Shown here: one piece after another, positions 8,486 through 17,165 of the stretch
How positions within the stretch are numbered: position 1 is the first letter of the stretch
How the letters are laid out: the number at the start of each line of letters is the position of its first letter
Virus record (IMG/VR): IMGVR_UViG_2565956720_000007
Span: 1-29,466 of that record
Strand: one strand, 5' to 3'
DNA: 29,466 nucleotides
Source: a virus
Lineage: Duplodnaviria > Heunggongvirae > Uroviricota > Caudoviricetes
Translations under genes and position numbers: made by a program
The notes under the pieces: generated by a model
Seen by the model: the letters and a program-made list of their open reading frames with translations, nothing else
The model's database searches: none
Told to the model about the DNA's origin: nothing

Positions 8486-9118
8486 TCAAAGGCTCTTAAT
8501 GATTTTCAGTGCGCGGCCTATTACCTTAATGTCATCCAGTTCGCACTCAAACGATGAATCATCCTGATGCACTACTAATCTGTTTCCCGGGAGTCGTGTC
8601 AATTTTACAATGCTTTTTATCCCGTCGATGTCCACTAACCACGTACCATTTACTGGTGGTGTTTGGTTGCGATCTATTAAATAAGAATCACCAGAAGTAG
8701 TCACCAGCAGCAGGTTGCTTGAGTCTGAGGGGAGTATGCTGCTATCAATGATTGCTTTTCCAGCATCGACCAATAAACCACCGTTGAGAGTTGCCTTTTC
8801 AATTTCAGGAGATACAAGCTCAGAAAGAGGTTTAACCTTGCTGGGGTTCACGGAATTGATATTTTTTTTAGGGTCAATGTTTGAACCTGGCTCGCCCTGT
8901 CCGGTGGTTAGCCATAGTAAAGAAACTCCTGTTTCCAAGGCGCACTGAATCACCCATTCTGCGGGAAAGCTATCTCTTAAGTATCTGTTTGCCATAGTGC
9001 TTTTTGATGCACCTAAGTGATCGCAAAGTTGCTGTCTGGACTTGAAATCATAGGCTGCCATTAGTCTATGGATAGCCTCTCTTCCCCCTGTATTCTCGCC
9101 AGCTTTTACCTGTATCAT
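8486..9118 (-). CDS. cI: 186-type CI-like prophage repressor (HTH N-terminal domain)
   Basis: 210 aa; HTH-like segment LGASKSTMANRYLR and CALETGVSLLWLTTGQGE; located directly upstream of and co-oriented with int, divergent from apl-like gene, as in phage 186. Confidence 0.7.
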   Translation of the reverse strand: MIQVKAGENTGGREAIHRLMAAYDFKSRQQLCDHLGASKSTMANRYLRDSFPAEWVIQCALETGVSLLWLTTGQGEPGSNIDPKKNINSVNPSKVKPLSELVSPEIEKATLNGGLLVDAGKAIIDSSILPSDSSNLLLVTTSGDSYLIDRNQTPPVNGTWLVDIDGIKSIVKLTRLPGNRLVVHQDDSSFECELDDIKVIGRALKIIKSL

Positions 9119-9130
9119 TTCTTAATCCTA

Positions 9131-9182
9131 TTGACGTATCAAATATTGGATCATAGTATCTCGATGTATCAAATATTGAATC
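9131..9182 (+). promoter_or_regulatory. Lysis-lysogeny switch region: candidate rightward promoter (-35 TTGACG 9131-9136, 17-bp spacer, -10 TAGTAT 9154-9159) overlapping two direct 20-bp repeats (9133-9152, 9163-9182)
   Basis: Repeats gacgtatcaaatattggatc and gatgtatcaaatattgaatc differ at 2 positions, spaced 30 bp; sit between divergent cI-like and apl-like genes. Confidence 0.5.
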
Positions 9183-9237
9183 TAATAAAACAAGATAAAA
9201 CTACATAAACCAAACCTTAATCGAGAGATACTGCACT

Positions 9238-9486
9238 ATGAGCAACGACATTTCAATTCGTGTACCAAAAGTGATGGCGACACCTGCAGAGTTCGCGGAA
9301 TGGGAAGGCCGCTCTCGCGGTTCGGTATATCAAATGATTCATAATGGTAAACTCGCTAAGTTTTTGGAAAGAAAGGAAAAACCGAAAGACAGAGTATGTA
9401 TACGTTACCTTGAGTACAAAAAGGAACAAGTCAGGAAAAACATGGGCCAATCCAATTTCAACTTTAATGTCATCGTTGGTGACTAA
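9238..9486 (+). CDS. apl: Apl/Cox-like small DNA-binding protein (excisionase/transcriptional regulator)
   Basis: 82 aa, divergent from cI, HTH-like segment ATPAEFAEWEGRSRGSVYQMIHNGKL; position equals 186 apl / P2 cox. Confidence 0.65.
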   Translation: MSNDISIRVPKVMATPAEFAEWEGRSRGSVYQMIHNGKLAKFLERKEKPKDRVCIRYLEYKKEQVRKNMGQSNFNFNVIVGD

Positions 9487-9518
9487 GTTCAATTATGAGA
9501 ACTTTCTAAGGTGGCAGC

Positions 9519-10028
9519 ATGTTTGATTACAAAATTTCCAAACATCCGCATTTTGATGAAGCCTGTAGAACTTTTGCACTACGTCACAATATGGCGAAGC
9601 TGGCAGAACGTGCAGGAATGAATGTTCAGACACTGAGAAACAAACTCAACCCAGATCAACCGCATCAGCTCACCGCACCAGAAATCTGGCTGCTTACCGA
9701 TCTGACTGAAGATTCAACGCTGGTAGATGGTTTTCTGGCTCAGATTCACTGCCTGCCATGCGTACCGATTAATGAGGTGGCAAAAGAGAAACTGCCACAT
9801 TACGTCATGAGTGCAACCGCAGAGATCGGGCGTGTTGCTGCAGGTGCGGTATCTGGCGATGTAAAAACCAGTGCAGGTCGTCGTGATGCTATCAGCAGCA
9901 TTAACTCTGTAACACGACTGATGGCGCTGGCTGCTGTTTCATTGCAGGCCCGTTTACAGGTTAACCCTGCGATGGTGAGTGCAGTTGATACCGTGACTGG
10001 CCTCGGTGCTTCATTCGGTTTGCTGTGA
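9519..10028 (+). CDS. cII: 186 CII-like transcriptional activator
   Basis: 169 aa (the size I recall for 186 CII), position after apl, RBS aaggtgg upstream of ATG. Confidence 0.55.
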   Translation: MFDYKISKHPHFDEACRTFALRHNMAKLAERAGMNVQTLRNKLNPDQPHQLTAPEIWLLTDLTEDSTLVDGFLAQIHCLPCVPINEVAKEKLPHYVMSATAEIGRVAAGAVSGDVKTSAGRRDAISSINSVTRLMALAAVSLQARLQVNPAMVSAVDTVTGLGASFGLL

Positions 10029-10035
10029 GGTGCTT

Positions 10036-10332
10036 ATGTTGACGAAAGAACCATCATTTGCATCGCTGCTGGTAAAACAAAGCCCGGCAATGCACTACGG
10101 TCACGGCTGGATCATGGGTGAGGATGGTAAACGCTGGCATCCATGTCATTCACAAGATGAATTGCTGTCTGAATTGACCACGAGGAAACGGAGAAAGTCA
10201 AAATGTATGCAGCGGAAAGTGAAGTGGTTTATCAGTTTCGTTACAGAGGGGAGAGTTATTCAGTACCTGAAGATGATTTGCTCTGTTGTTATCCGTCGTT
10301 GTCGGGCGATGGCAGTTACTTTTTCACGCTAA
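10036..10332 (+). CDS. Hypothetical small early protein (uncertain extent)
   Basis: ATG at 10036 preceded by gtgagg RBS; 3' part overlaps next ORF in another frame, so the true end is uncertain. Confidence 0.3.
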   Translation: MLTKEPSFASLLVKQSPAMHYGHGWIMGEDGKRWHPCHSQDELLSELTTRKRRKSKCMQRKVKWFISFVTEGRVIQYLKMICSVVIRRCRAMAVTFSR

Positions 10333-10427
10333 GGGATGGGACGTTTTTACGGGGAGAGCAGGTTAAAGAGACGATACGAAAAAATGTATCTCCTCTTGAA
10401 CGTTACCGTAAGAAAAAAGAACGATAG
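10203..10427 (+). CDS. Hypothetical small early protein
   Basis: 74 aa, ATG preceded by ggagaaag RBS. Confidence 0.5.
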   Translation: MYAAESEVVYQFRYRGESYSVPEDDLLCCYPSLSGDGSYFFTLRDGTFLRGEQVKETIRKNVSPLERYRKKKER

Positions 10428-10449
10428 TTGCGTTTGGGGGATATGAATT

Positions 10450-10791
10450 ATGGCAATTAATGGCGCTGCGGCGACTGTTCCATTAAGCCCCGGTGAACGC
10501 CTGAATGGACTTAATCACATTGCGGAGTTAAGGGCGAAAGTATTTGGCCTGAATATTGAGTCAGAGCTTGAGCGGTTTATTAAAGATATACGTGATCCAC
10601 GGGATATCAATAACGAACAAAATAAACGAGCACTGGCTGCCATATTCTTTATGGCAAAAATTCCAGCTGAACGTCATAGCATCAGCATTAATGAGCTGAC
10701 CACTGACGAAAAGCGGGAGTTGATTAAAGCAATGAATCATTTTCGTGCAGTGGTGAGCTTATTTCCCAGACGGCTAACCATGCCGAATTAA
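10450..10791 (+). CDS. Hypothetical phage early-region protein
   Basis: 113-aa ORF co-oriented in early operon; no recognisable motif. Confidence 0.5.
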   Translation: MAINGAAATVPLSPGERLNGLNHIAELRAKVFGLNIESELERFIKDIRDPRDINNEQNKRALAAIFFMAKIPAERHSISINELTTDEKRELIKAMNHFRAVVSLFPRRLTMPN

Positions 10792-10858
10792 CCAACTAAT
10801 GAAATTAATGGCGTAAACCCGCCGGGCATCCCTTTATCTAAATTCAGGAGAATTGATT

Positions 10859-11092
10859 ATGCGTAATATTGAAATCCTCACGACTAAAACCGGACCGGAT
10901 GATGCAGGGCTTAATATTTTACTGACAGAGGCTCGTCTGGAAGAACGCCGGGCAAGGGCTGAAGCAATGGCAGCTCGCCTTGATAGCCTGGCGTGTCATA
11001 TCTCATCCCGTCAGCTAAACCACGTGGAAGCGGCAGAACTGCTGCGTGTGACTGCTGAAGCAATCCAGAACGAAGCGCAGGAGATCCACTAA
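10859..11092 (+). CDS. Hypothetical phage early-region protein
   Basis: ATG 10859 preceded by caggag RBS; 77 aa. Confidence 0.5.
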   Translation: MRNIEILTTKTGPDDAGLNILLTEARLEERRARAEAMAARLDSLACHISSRQLNHVEAAELLRVTAEAIQNEAQEIH

Positions 11093-11319
11093 TGGCTGAT
11101 GCAATGGATCTCGTACAGCAGCGCGTTGAAGAAGAACGCCAGCGCCATATCCGTGCTGCCCGTGCCAAAACACCGGGTGTGTCTCGCGTGCTTTGCATTG
11201 AGTGTGAAGCGCCAATTCCGCCAGCACGACGCCGCGCCATTCCGGGTGTGCAGCTTTGCATTACTTGCCAGGAAATCGCAGAGCTGAAAGGCAAACATTA
11301 CAACGGAGGTGCTGTATGA
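11092..11319 (+). CDS. TraR/DksA-family C4 zinc-finger protein
   Basis: 75 aa with CxxC...CxxC ([25 protein letters not shown]) typical of phage TraR/DksA-like proteins. Confidence 0.7.
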   Translation: MADAMDLVQQRVEEERQRHIRAARAKTPGVSRVLCIECEAPIPPARRRAIPGVQLCITCQEIAELKGKHYNGGAV

Positions 11320-11618
11320 CAAGGGCAGTGCGTATCCATCAATTAAAAATTGCACCTAAGTATTTCAACGCTGTGGTTGCAGGTCAAAAGACGGCTGAAC
11401 TTCGTAAAGACGATCGTGGCTATAAAGTTGGTGATGTTCTTTCTCTTTGCGAATGGAAGCATGGCGTATTTACGGGTAGGGAATGGGCCGCTGTTATCTC
11501 TCATGTGTTTCCGGTTAATGACGTCATGGCAGTTTCAGAACAATGGGTGATGCTATCAATTCGCCCATTAACCCCATTAGAAGCTTTAGGATATGTTATT
11601 GCCGGAGGTGCTGTATGA
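11316..11618 (+). CDS. Small ASCH/DUF3850-like domain protein
   Basis: 100 aa from ATG 11316 with ggagg RBS; [36 protein letters not shown] resembles ASCH-like small phage proteins; flanked by identical 16-nt junctions (see findings). Confidence 0.5.
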   Translation: MTRAVRIHQLKIAPKYFNAVVAGQKTAELRKDDRGYKVGDVLSLCEWKHGVFTGREWAAVISHVFPVNDVMAVSEQWVMLSIRPLTPLEALGYVIAGGAV

Positions 11619-12472
11619 GCACCATCCTGAAATGGGCGGGAAATAAAACCGCCATTATGCCAGAACTGAAAAAACACCTTCCAGCTGGCCCGCGACTGGT
11701 TGAACCTTTCGCGGGTTCCTGTGCGGTGATGATGGAGACGGATTATCCAAGCTATCTGGTTGCGGATATTAATCCTGATTTAATCAACCTCTATAAAAAG
11801 GTTGCCGCTGATTGTGAATCGTTTATATCTCGCGCCAGAGTTTTATTTGAGATCGCAAACAGGGAGGTAGCTTATTACAACATAAGGCAGGAGTTTAATT
11901 ACTCAACTGAAATTACTGATTTCATGAAAGCGGTATATTTCCTGTATCTCAATCGTCACGGTTACCGTGGTTTATGTCGCTATAACAAGAGCGGGCATTT
12001 CAATATTCCCTACGGTAATTATAAAAATCCGTATTTCCCTGAAAAAGAAATTCGCGCATTTGCAGAAAAAGCCCAGCGGGCAACGTTTATCTGCGCCAGC
12101 TTTGATGAAACGCTGGCGATGTTGAAGGCGGGGGATGTGGTGTATTGCGATCCGCCTTATGACGGTACGTTTTCCGGCTATCACACTGATGGTTTCACTG
12201 AAGATGACCAGTATCACCTGGCATCCGTTCTTGAACATCGATCATCAGAAGGTCATCCAGTCATTGTTTCTAACAGTGACACATCCCTGATTCGTTCGCT
12301 GTATCGCAATTTTACTCACCACTATATCAAGGTAAAACGCAGCATCGGTGTGGCAGCTGGCGAGTGTAAATCAGCAACAGAAATCATCGCTGTTTCCGGG
12401 CCGCGCTGCTGGGTGGGATTTGATCCTTCGCGTGGCGTGGATAGTTCTGCCGTGTACGGAGTGCGTGCATGA
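11615..12472 (+). CDS. Dam-family DNA N6-adenine methyltransferase
   Basis: Motifs KWAGNK near N-terminus and DPPY catalytic motif; start ATG 11615 with ggagg RBS, overlapping upstream stop (ATGA). Confidence 0.85.
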   Translation: MSTILKWAGNKTAIMPELKKHLPAGPRLVEPFAGSCAVMMETDYPSYLVADINPDLINLYKKVAADCESFISRARVLFEIANREVAYYNIRQEFNYSTEITDFMKAVYFLYLNRHGYRGLCRYNKSGHFNIPYGNYKNPYFPEKEIRAFAEKAQRATFICASFDETLAMLKAGDVVYCDPPYDGTFSGYHTDGFTEDDQYHLASVLEHRSSEGHPVIVSNSDTSLIRSLYRNFTHHYIKVKRSIGVAAGECKSATEIIAVSGPRCWVGFDPSRGVDSSAVYGVRA

Positions 12473-14883
12473 GCCATGCTGATATGAACAACTGCAGCGG
12501 CTTTAACGAGGTCGCAGCAGCATTCTCATGGAGCAGCCCGAAAAAGGCCATTAACCCTTATCTGGACCCGGCGGAAGTTGCGCCGGTTTCTGCGCTTTCA
12601 AACCTGATCACTCTGTACGCTGCCGATAACGAGCAGGAACAGCTGCGCCGTGAGGCGCTGAGTGATCAGGTCTGGGAGCGTTATTTCTTTAATGAATCCC
12701 GTGATCCTGTCCAGCGCGAAATCGAGCAGGATAAGCTCATTAGTCGGGCAAAGCTGGCGCATGAGCAGCAGCGTTTTAATCCGGATATGGTCATTCTGGC
12801 GGACGTCAACGCCCAGCCTTCCCATATCAGCAAGCCGCTGATGCAACGTATTGAATACTTCAGCAGTCTGGGCAGGCCAAAGGCTTATTCCCGCTATTTG
12901 CGTGAGACGATTAAGCCATGTCTGGAACGACTGGAGCATGTACGCGAGAGTCAGCTATCCACTTCTTTTCGCTTTATGGCAAGCCATGAAGGGCTGGACG
13001 GCCTGCTGATCCTGCCTGAAATGAGTCAGGATCAGGTGAAGCGCCTGTCTACCCTTGTTGCCGCGCATATGAGCATGTGCCTTGATGCAGCTTGTGGTGA
13101 TTTGTATGCCACCGATGACGTTAAGCCAGAAGAAATCCGCAAGACATGGGAAAAGGTGGCAGCGGAAACCCTGCGTCTGGATGTAATCCCTCCTGCGTTT
13201 GAGCAACTCCGTCGGAAAAGAAACCGCCGTAAACCCGTGCCCTATGAACTCATTCCGGGTTCGCTGGCGCGTATGTTGTGCGCCGACTGGTGGTATCGGA
13301 AATTATGGAAGATGCGTTGCGAATGGCGGGAAGAGCAGTTGCGTGCTGTCTGCCTGGTCAGCAAAAAAGCATCTCCCTATGTCAGCTATGAAGCCGTGAT
13401 GCATAAACGTGAGCAGCGCCGTAAGTCGCTGGAGTTTTTCCGTTCTCATGAACTGGTGAACGAAGACGGCGACACGCTGGACATGGAGGATGTGGTAAAC
13501 GCCAGCAGCAGCAACCCGGCGCATCGCCGCAATGAGATGATGGCCTGTGTTAAAGGTCTGGAGCTTATCGCGGAAATGCGCGGTGACTGCGCCGTTTTCT
13601 ACACCATCACCTGTCCGTCACGTTTCCATTCCACGCTCAATAACGGCAGACCAAACCCGACCTGGACAAACGCGACGGTAAGACAAAGCAGCGATTATCT
13701 GGTCGGCATGTTTGCTGCATTTCGTAAGGCGATGCACAAAGCCGGGTTGCGCTGGTATGGCGTGCGGGTGGCTGAGCCGCATCATGACGGCACAGTTCAC
13801 TGGCACCTGTTGTGTTTCATGCGCAAAAAAGACCGCCGTGCCATCACTGCATTACTGCGTAAGTTTGCCATCCGTGAAGACCGCGAGGAGCTGGGCAATA
13901 ACACTGGGCCGCGCTTTAAGTCTGAGTTGATTAACCCGCGCAAAGGAACGCCAACAAGCTACGTCGCGAAATACATCAGTAAGAACATTGACGGGCGTGG
14001 TCTGGCTGGCGAGATCAGCAAGGAAACGGGGAAATCCCTGCGTGATAATGCTGAATACGTTAATGCCTGGGCGTCTCTGCATCGTGTTCAGCAATTCCGC
14101 TTCTTTGGCATTCCGGGGCGTCAGGCTTACCGTGAACTGCGATTGCTGGCTGGTCAGGCGGCAAGGCAACAGGGGGACAAAAAAGCAGGTGCGCCGGTAC
14201 TGGATAACCCACGCCTTGATGCCATCCTGGCTGCTGCTGATGCTGGTTGTTTTGCCACCTACATCATGAAGCAGGGCGGCGTACTGGTTCCCCGCAAATA
14301 TCACCTCATCAGAACCGCTTATGAAATCAACGAAGAGCCGACCGCCTATGGCGATCACGGCATTCGTATCTATGGCATCTGGTCACCTATTGCAGAGGGC
14401 AAGATCTGCACTCATGCCGTGAAGTGGAAAATGGTTCGTAAGGCCGTTGATGTTCAGGAGGCGGCAGCCGACCAGGGCGCTTGCGCCCCTTGGACTCGTG
14501 GCAATAACTGTCCCCTTGCTGAAAATTTGTACCAACAAGGGAAAGACAAATCAGCTGATGGAGATACCAGAACGGATATCACCCGCATGGATGACAAGGA
14601 GTTGCACGATTACCTGCACAGTATGAGCAAAAAAGAGCGCCGGGAACTGGCAGCAAGGTTACGCCTGGTGAAACCGAAACGGCGTAAAGACTACAAACAG
14701 CGAATTACAGACCATCAGCGACTGCAGCTCGTGTATGAACTGAAGTCCAGGGGATTTGATGGCAGCGAGAAAGAGGTCGATTTACTGCTTCGCGGCGGCA
14801 GTATTCCGTCAGGAGCAGGCCTGCGTATCTTCTATCGGAACCAGCGTTTGCAGGAAGATGATAAGTGGCGAAACCTGTATTAA
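12469..14883 (+). CDS. A: P2 gpA-like rolling-circle replication initiation protein
   Basis: 804 aa; HUH-type motif HWHLLCF and catalytic tyrosine motif YVAKYISK typical of P2 A/phiX174 A family. Confidence 0.85.
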   Translation: MSHADMNNCSGFNEVAAAFSWSSPKKAINPYLDPAEVAPVSALSNLITLYAADNEQEQLRREALSDQVWERYFFNESRDPVQREIEQDKLISRAKLAHEQQRFNPDMVILADVNAQPSHISKPLMQRIEYFSSLGRPKAYSRYLRETIKPCLERLEHVRESQLSTSFRFMASHEGLDGLLILPEMSQDQVKRLSTLVAAHMSMCLDAACGDLYATDDVKPEEIRKTWEKVAAETLRLDVIPPAFEQLRRKRNRRKPVPYELIPGSLARMLCADWWYRKLWKMRCEWREEQLRAVCLVSKKASPYVSYEAVMHKREQRRKSLEFFRSHELVNEDGDTLDMEDVVNASSSNPAHRRNEMMACVKGLELIAEMRGDCAVFYTITCPSRFHSTLNNGRPNPTWTNATVRQSSDYLVGMFAAFRKAMHKAGLRWYGVRVAEPHHDGTVHWHLLCFMRKKDRRAITALLRKFAIREDREELGNNTGPRFKSELINPRKGTPTSYVAKYISKNIDGRGLAGEISKETGKSLRDNAEYVNAWASLHRVQQFRFFGIPGRQAYRELRLLAGQAARQQGDKKAGAPVLDNPRLDAILAAADAGCFATYIMKQGGVLVPRKYHLIRTAYEINEEPTAYGDHGIRIYGIWSPIAEGKICTHAVKWKMVRKAVDVQEAAADQGACAPWTRGNNCPLAENLYQQGKDKSADGDTRTDITRMDDKELHDYLHSMSKKERRELAARLRLVKPKRRKDYKQRITDHQRLQLVYELKSRGFDGSEKEVDLLLRGGSIPSGAGLRIFYRNQRLQEDDKWRNLY

Positions 14884-14977
14884 TTACGCGGGTTAACAAT
14901 TCGTGCTCTTAATAATACCAGGCATATCAGGCTGATGAGCGTAAAAAAACGTTTTACATCAGTAAGATTATTATATA

Positions 14978-14993
14978 CTGTAAATATAAACAG
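14978..14993 (+). promoter_or_regulatory. LexA (SOS) box CTGTAAATATAAACAG upstream of Tum/DinI-like module
   Basis: Exact CTGT-N8-ACAG dyad with AT-rich spacer, 43 bp upstream of the ATG at 15036, in an AT-rich promoter-like region. Confidence 0.6.
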
Positions 14994-15035
14994 TGGTTAT
15001 GTATACAGTATTGCTTTGGTGTCATAGGAGGAAAG

Positions 15036-15224
15036 ATGCAGGACTATTTTTTGGAGTCTTTGAAGCTCCAGCGCATTGATTTTTTTCTTAAGCTTGTAGC
15101 GGCTAGTGAGTGTAGTGATGAAGAGAAGGGGCTGGCCCTGCAGTGGGTTTCTGAACTGACAGATGAACTCATGGCAAAAATCAGAACCCACGAATACAAC
15201 CGCTCAATGGATGTCATCAGCTGA
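15036..15224 (+). CDS. Small protein, possible N-terminal part of a Tum-like SOS-inducible antirepressor
   Basis: 62 aa, strong RBS aggagg 6 nt upstream of ATG; downstream of LexA box; overlaps the frame carrying the DinI-like ORF. Confidence 0.5.
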   Translation: MQDYFLESLKLQRIDFFLKLVAASECSDEEKGLALQWVSELTDELMAKIRTHEYNRSMDVIS

Positions 15225-15234
15225 GGTGACTTTT

Positions 15235-15468
15235 ATGCGCATTGAAATAATGATCGATAAAGAGCAGAAGATTAGCCAGTCTACACTGGACGCCCTTGAA
15301 TCCGAGCTTTACCGCAATCTGCGCCCCCTGTATCCCAAAACGGTAATTCGTATCCGCAAAGGTAGCTCTAACGGTGTGGAACTGACCGGACTGCAACTGG
15401 ACGAAGAAAGAAAACAAGTGATGAAAATTATGCAGAAGGTGTGGGAAGACGACAGCTGGCTGCATTAA
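15235..15468 (+). CDS. DinI-family protein (DinI-like domain as in 186 Tum C-terminus)
   Basis: 77 aa from ATG 15235; MRIEIMIDK...IRIRKGSSNGVELTGL...VMKIMQKVWEDDSWL matches recalled DinI (MRIEVTI...ETWESADDWF). Confidence 0.7.
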   Translation: MRIEIMIDKEQKISQSTLDALESELYRNLRPLYPKTVIRIRKGSSNGVELTGLQLDEERKQVMKIMQKVWEDDSWLH

Positions 15469-15603
15469 GAAACGTTGCTGGCGTCTGAACTTGTTTCTGG
15501 CGTCAGCAAGGTTGAACAACGAGCCCTTGCGAGGCGTTAGCTCTGTAGTGCATGTCTATGCCGCATGAGATCGCATGATCGTTTGAGGATCGTTTTTGCT
15601 AAG

Positions 15604-15630
15604 GCCCGCCAGGAGTGGCGGGATTTTGCT
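15604..15630 (+). terminator. Candidate rho-independent terminator
   Basis: 6-bp GC stem cccgcc/ggcggg with 6-nt loop followed by attttgctt. Confidence 0.35.
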
Positions 15631-15673
15631 TATGTCATGCAGGCGCATGAAAACCGCTACATAAAGCGGGCAG

Positions 15674-15692
15674 GCGTGGCGGGGATACGAGC
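15674..15692 (+). other. Candidate cos site (P2/186-type cohesive end)
   Basis: ggcgtggcggggatacgag: first 13 nt identical to the recalled 186 cohesive end GGCGTGGCGGGGAAAGCAT (P2: GGCGAGGCGGGGAAAGCAC); lies between the A/tum region and the portal side as expected for a prophage. Confidence 0.5.
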
Positions 15693-15804
15693 GCGCGCTA
15701 TGTGGTATAGGCCTTAATTTAGTATGATTCAAGAGTGTCGGGATCTTTGCGCTGATCAGTCCTAAGTTATATGATAAGAAAAATGCATAAAAAAGGTTCG
15801 GTTC

Positions 15805-16779
15805 ATGGGGTTAGGATTAAAAGACGCTATTGTGCATACCGCTGCGTTTCATCAAAAGGAAACTAATGAATTGCAATTGCCAAACAACCATTGGCATCCT
15901 GGTTTTATCACTGTCTTAGCAGCTTACGTGAATCATCACAAAATTACCGAAGATAACTGCGTTTTGTCATGCCCTGACTATATGCGAGCTATCAATTTAC
16001 ATGGTGCTTTATGGGGCGAGGATCAGTATCAACAGGAACGTGTAAATGTTGGAAGAAATTACAGTTTGGTTACAGCATTAACCAATGTTGAAGCTGTTGA
16101 CGTTGCCACTGGTAGTATTAACAGTTGTGTAAGGCAGTTAACATTCCCTGATCGTGATCCGAGAGATTATCCCAAGGGACTTACAGATCTAACTCATGTT
16201 ATAGGTGAGCTTCACGATAACGTTTGGTCGCATGGAAAATCAACGGGTTTTTCTTTTGCACAACGTTCGGCTGTACCCCACACACAAAGAAAAGAGCACT
16301 ATTTAGAATTTTCTTTGGCGGACTGTGGGTTAGGATTTCTCCGAGAATTGCGGCGAGCTGGTATACCCGGAATTGAGACTCACCAGGATGCGATCGCATG
16401 GTGTATTCAAGAGGGACATTCATCTAAGCATGCTGATTTGCAGGATGATTGGGCACAGCAACTTCCCCAGGATTTTATTGGGGGTAGTATGTTTGGTCAC
16501 GGGGTTTCGGTCAAAGAAAAAGATAATAATCATCAAGGGCTTGGGTTATATCACTTGATGAAATTGATAAAAACATATAATGGGGAATTGCAACTGGCTT
16601 CAGGAAATGTATGCTTAGAAGCAATAGGTGATGAAGTGAGCTATACTGAATTACGTACTAAATGGCCGGGTGTAGCAATTTCTTGCCGTTTTAAGATTCA
16701 TGAACTGGCAGTCGATAAAGATAGCGAAGAAAATGACCCTCAGCTTATGGAAATAATGCGGGCGTTAGGAGGAGAGTAA
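15805..16779 (+). CDS. GHKL-superfamily (histidine-kinase-like) ATPase with uncharacterised N-terminal domain; accessory gene, candidate defence/partner-switching kinase
   Basis: 324 aa; N-box-like ELHDNVWSHG, G1 box DCGLGF, G2 box GHG...QGLGLYHL in correct order and spacing for a HATPase_c fold; about 125 N-terminal residues of no recognisable family; lower GC than flanking phage genes. Confidence 0.6.
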   Translation: MGLGLKDAIVHTAAFHQKETNELQLPNNHWHPGFITVLAAYVNHHKITEDNCVLSCPDYMRAINLHGALWGEDQYQQERVNVGRNYSLVTALTNVEAVDVATGSINSCVRQLTFPDRDPRDYPKGLTDLTHVIGELHDNVWSHGKSTGFSFAQRSAVPHTQRKEHYLEFSLADCGLGFLRELRRAGIPGIETHQDAIAWCIQEGHSSKHADLQDDWAQQLPQDFIGGSMFGHGVSVKEKDNNHQGLGLYHLMKLIKTYNGELQLASGNVCLEAIGDEVSYTELRTKWPGVAISCRFKIHELAVDKDSEENDPQLMEIMRALGGE

Positions 16780-17117
16780 TGAACAAAATCGCATACAAGT
16801 TACCCGAGGGTGACCTGGCTTCGCGCAATCAGGCTATCCCCCAACGACACAAGATTGAAGGGTTCATTAAAGAAGGGTATACCGTAGATTTGGACCTGAG
16901 CGGTGTTTATTCAATTTCAGAATCATACTCTGATGAAATCTTTGGTGTTTTGGTAGTGAAATTCGGTGTAACCAAAGTTTTGAGTCAGGTTAAGGTTCGC
17001 AATGCATCCCCTTCAATTTTAAAAAGTATTGCAAAAGTGATCCAACGTCGTAGCAATGAAGTAGCATCAAAAAAGGTTCATTCCGTTGGATTTGATGGTT
17101 TATACGCCGTTTGTTAA
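16779..17117 (+). CDS. STAS-like (DUF4325-like, anti-sigma-antagonist-like) small protein, partner of the GHKL ATPase
   Basis: 112 aa; start overlaps upstream stop (TAATG); VDLDLSGVYSISESYSDEIFGVLVVKFG resembles the STAS-like DUF4325 signature as I recall it. Confidence 0.5.
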   Translation: MNKIAYKLPEGDLASRNQAIPQRHKIEGFIKEGYTVDLDLSGVYSISESYSDEIFGVLVVKFGVTKVLSQVKVRNASPSILKSIAKVIQRRSNEVASKKVHSVGFDGLYAVC

Positions 17118-17134
17118 TATATGGTTAGTTAGAT

Positions 17135-17165
17135 AAAAGGCGCTGAGATTAGCGCCTTTTCTTTT
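17135..17165. terminator. Bidirectional rho-independent terminator between convergent STAS-like gene and portal gene Q
   Basis: Hairpin ggcgct-gagatt-agcgcc flanked by aaaa on the left and ttttctttt on the right. Confidence 0.7.

Noticed and set aside
9253-9526. ORFs 9253-9492 (minus) and 9344-9526 (plus)
   Set aside because: Overlap the apl-like gene in other frames or strand; no RBS; considered spurious.
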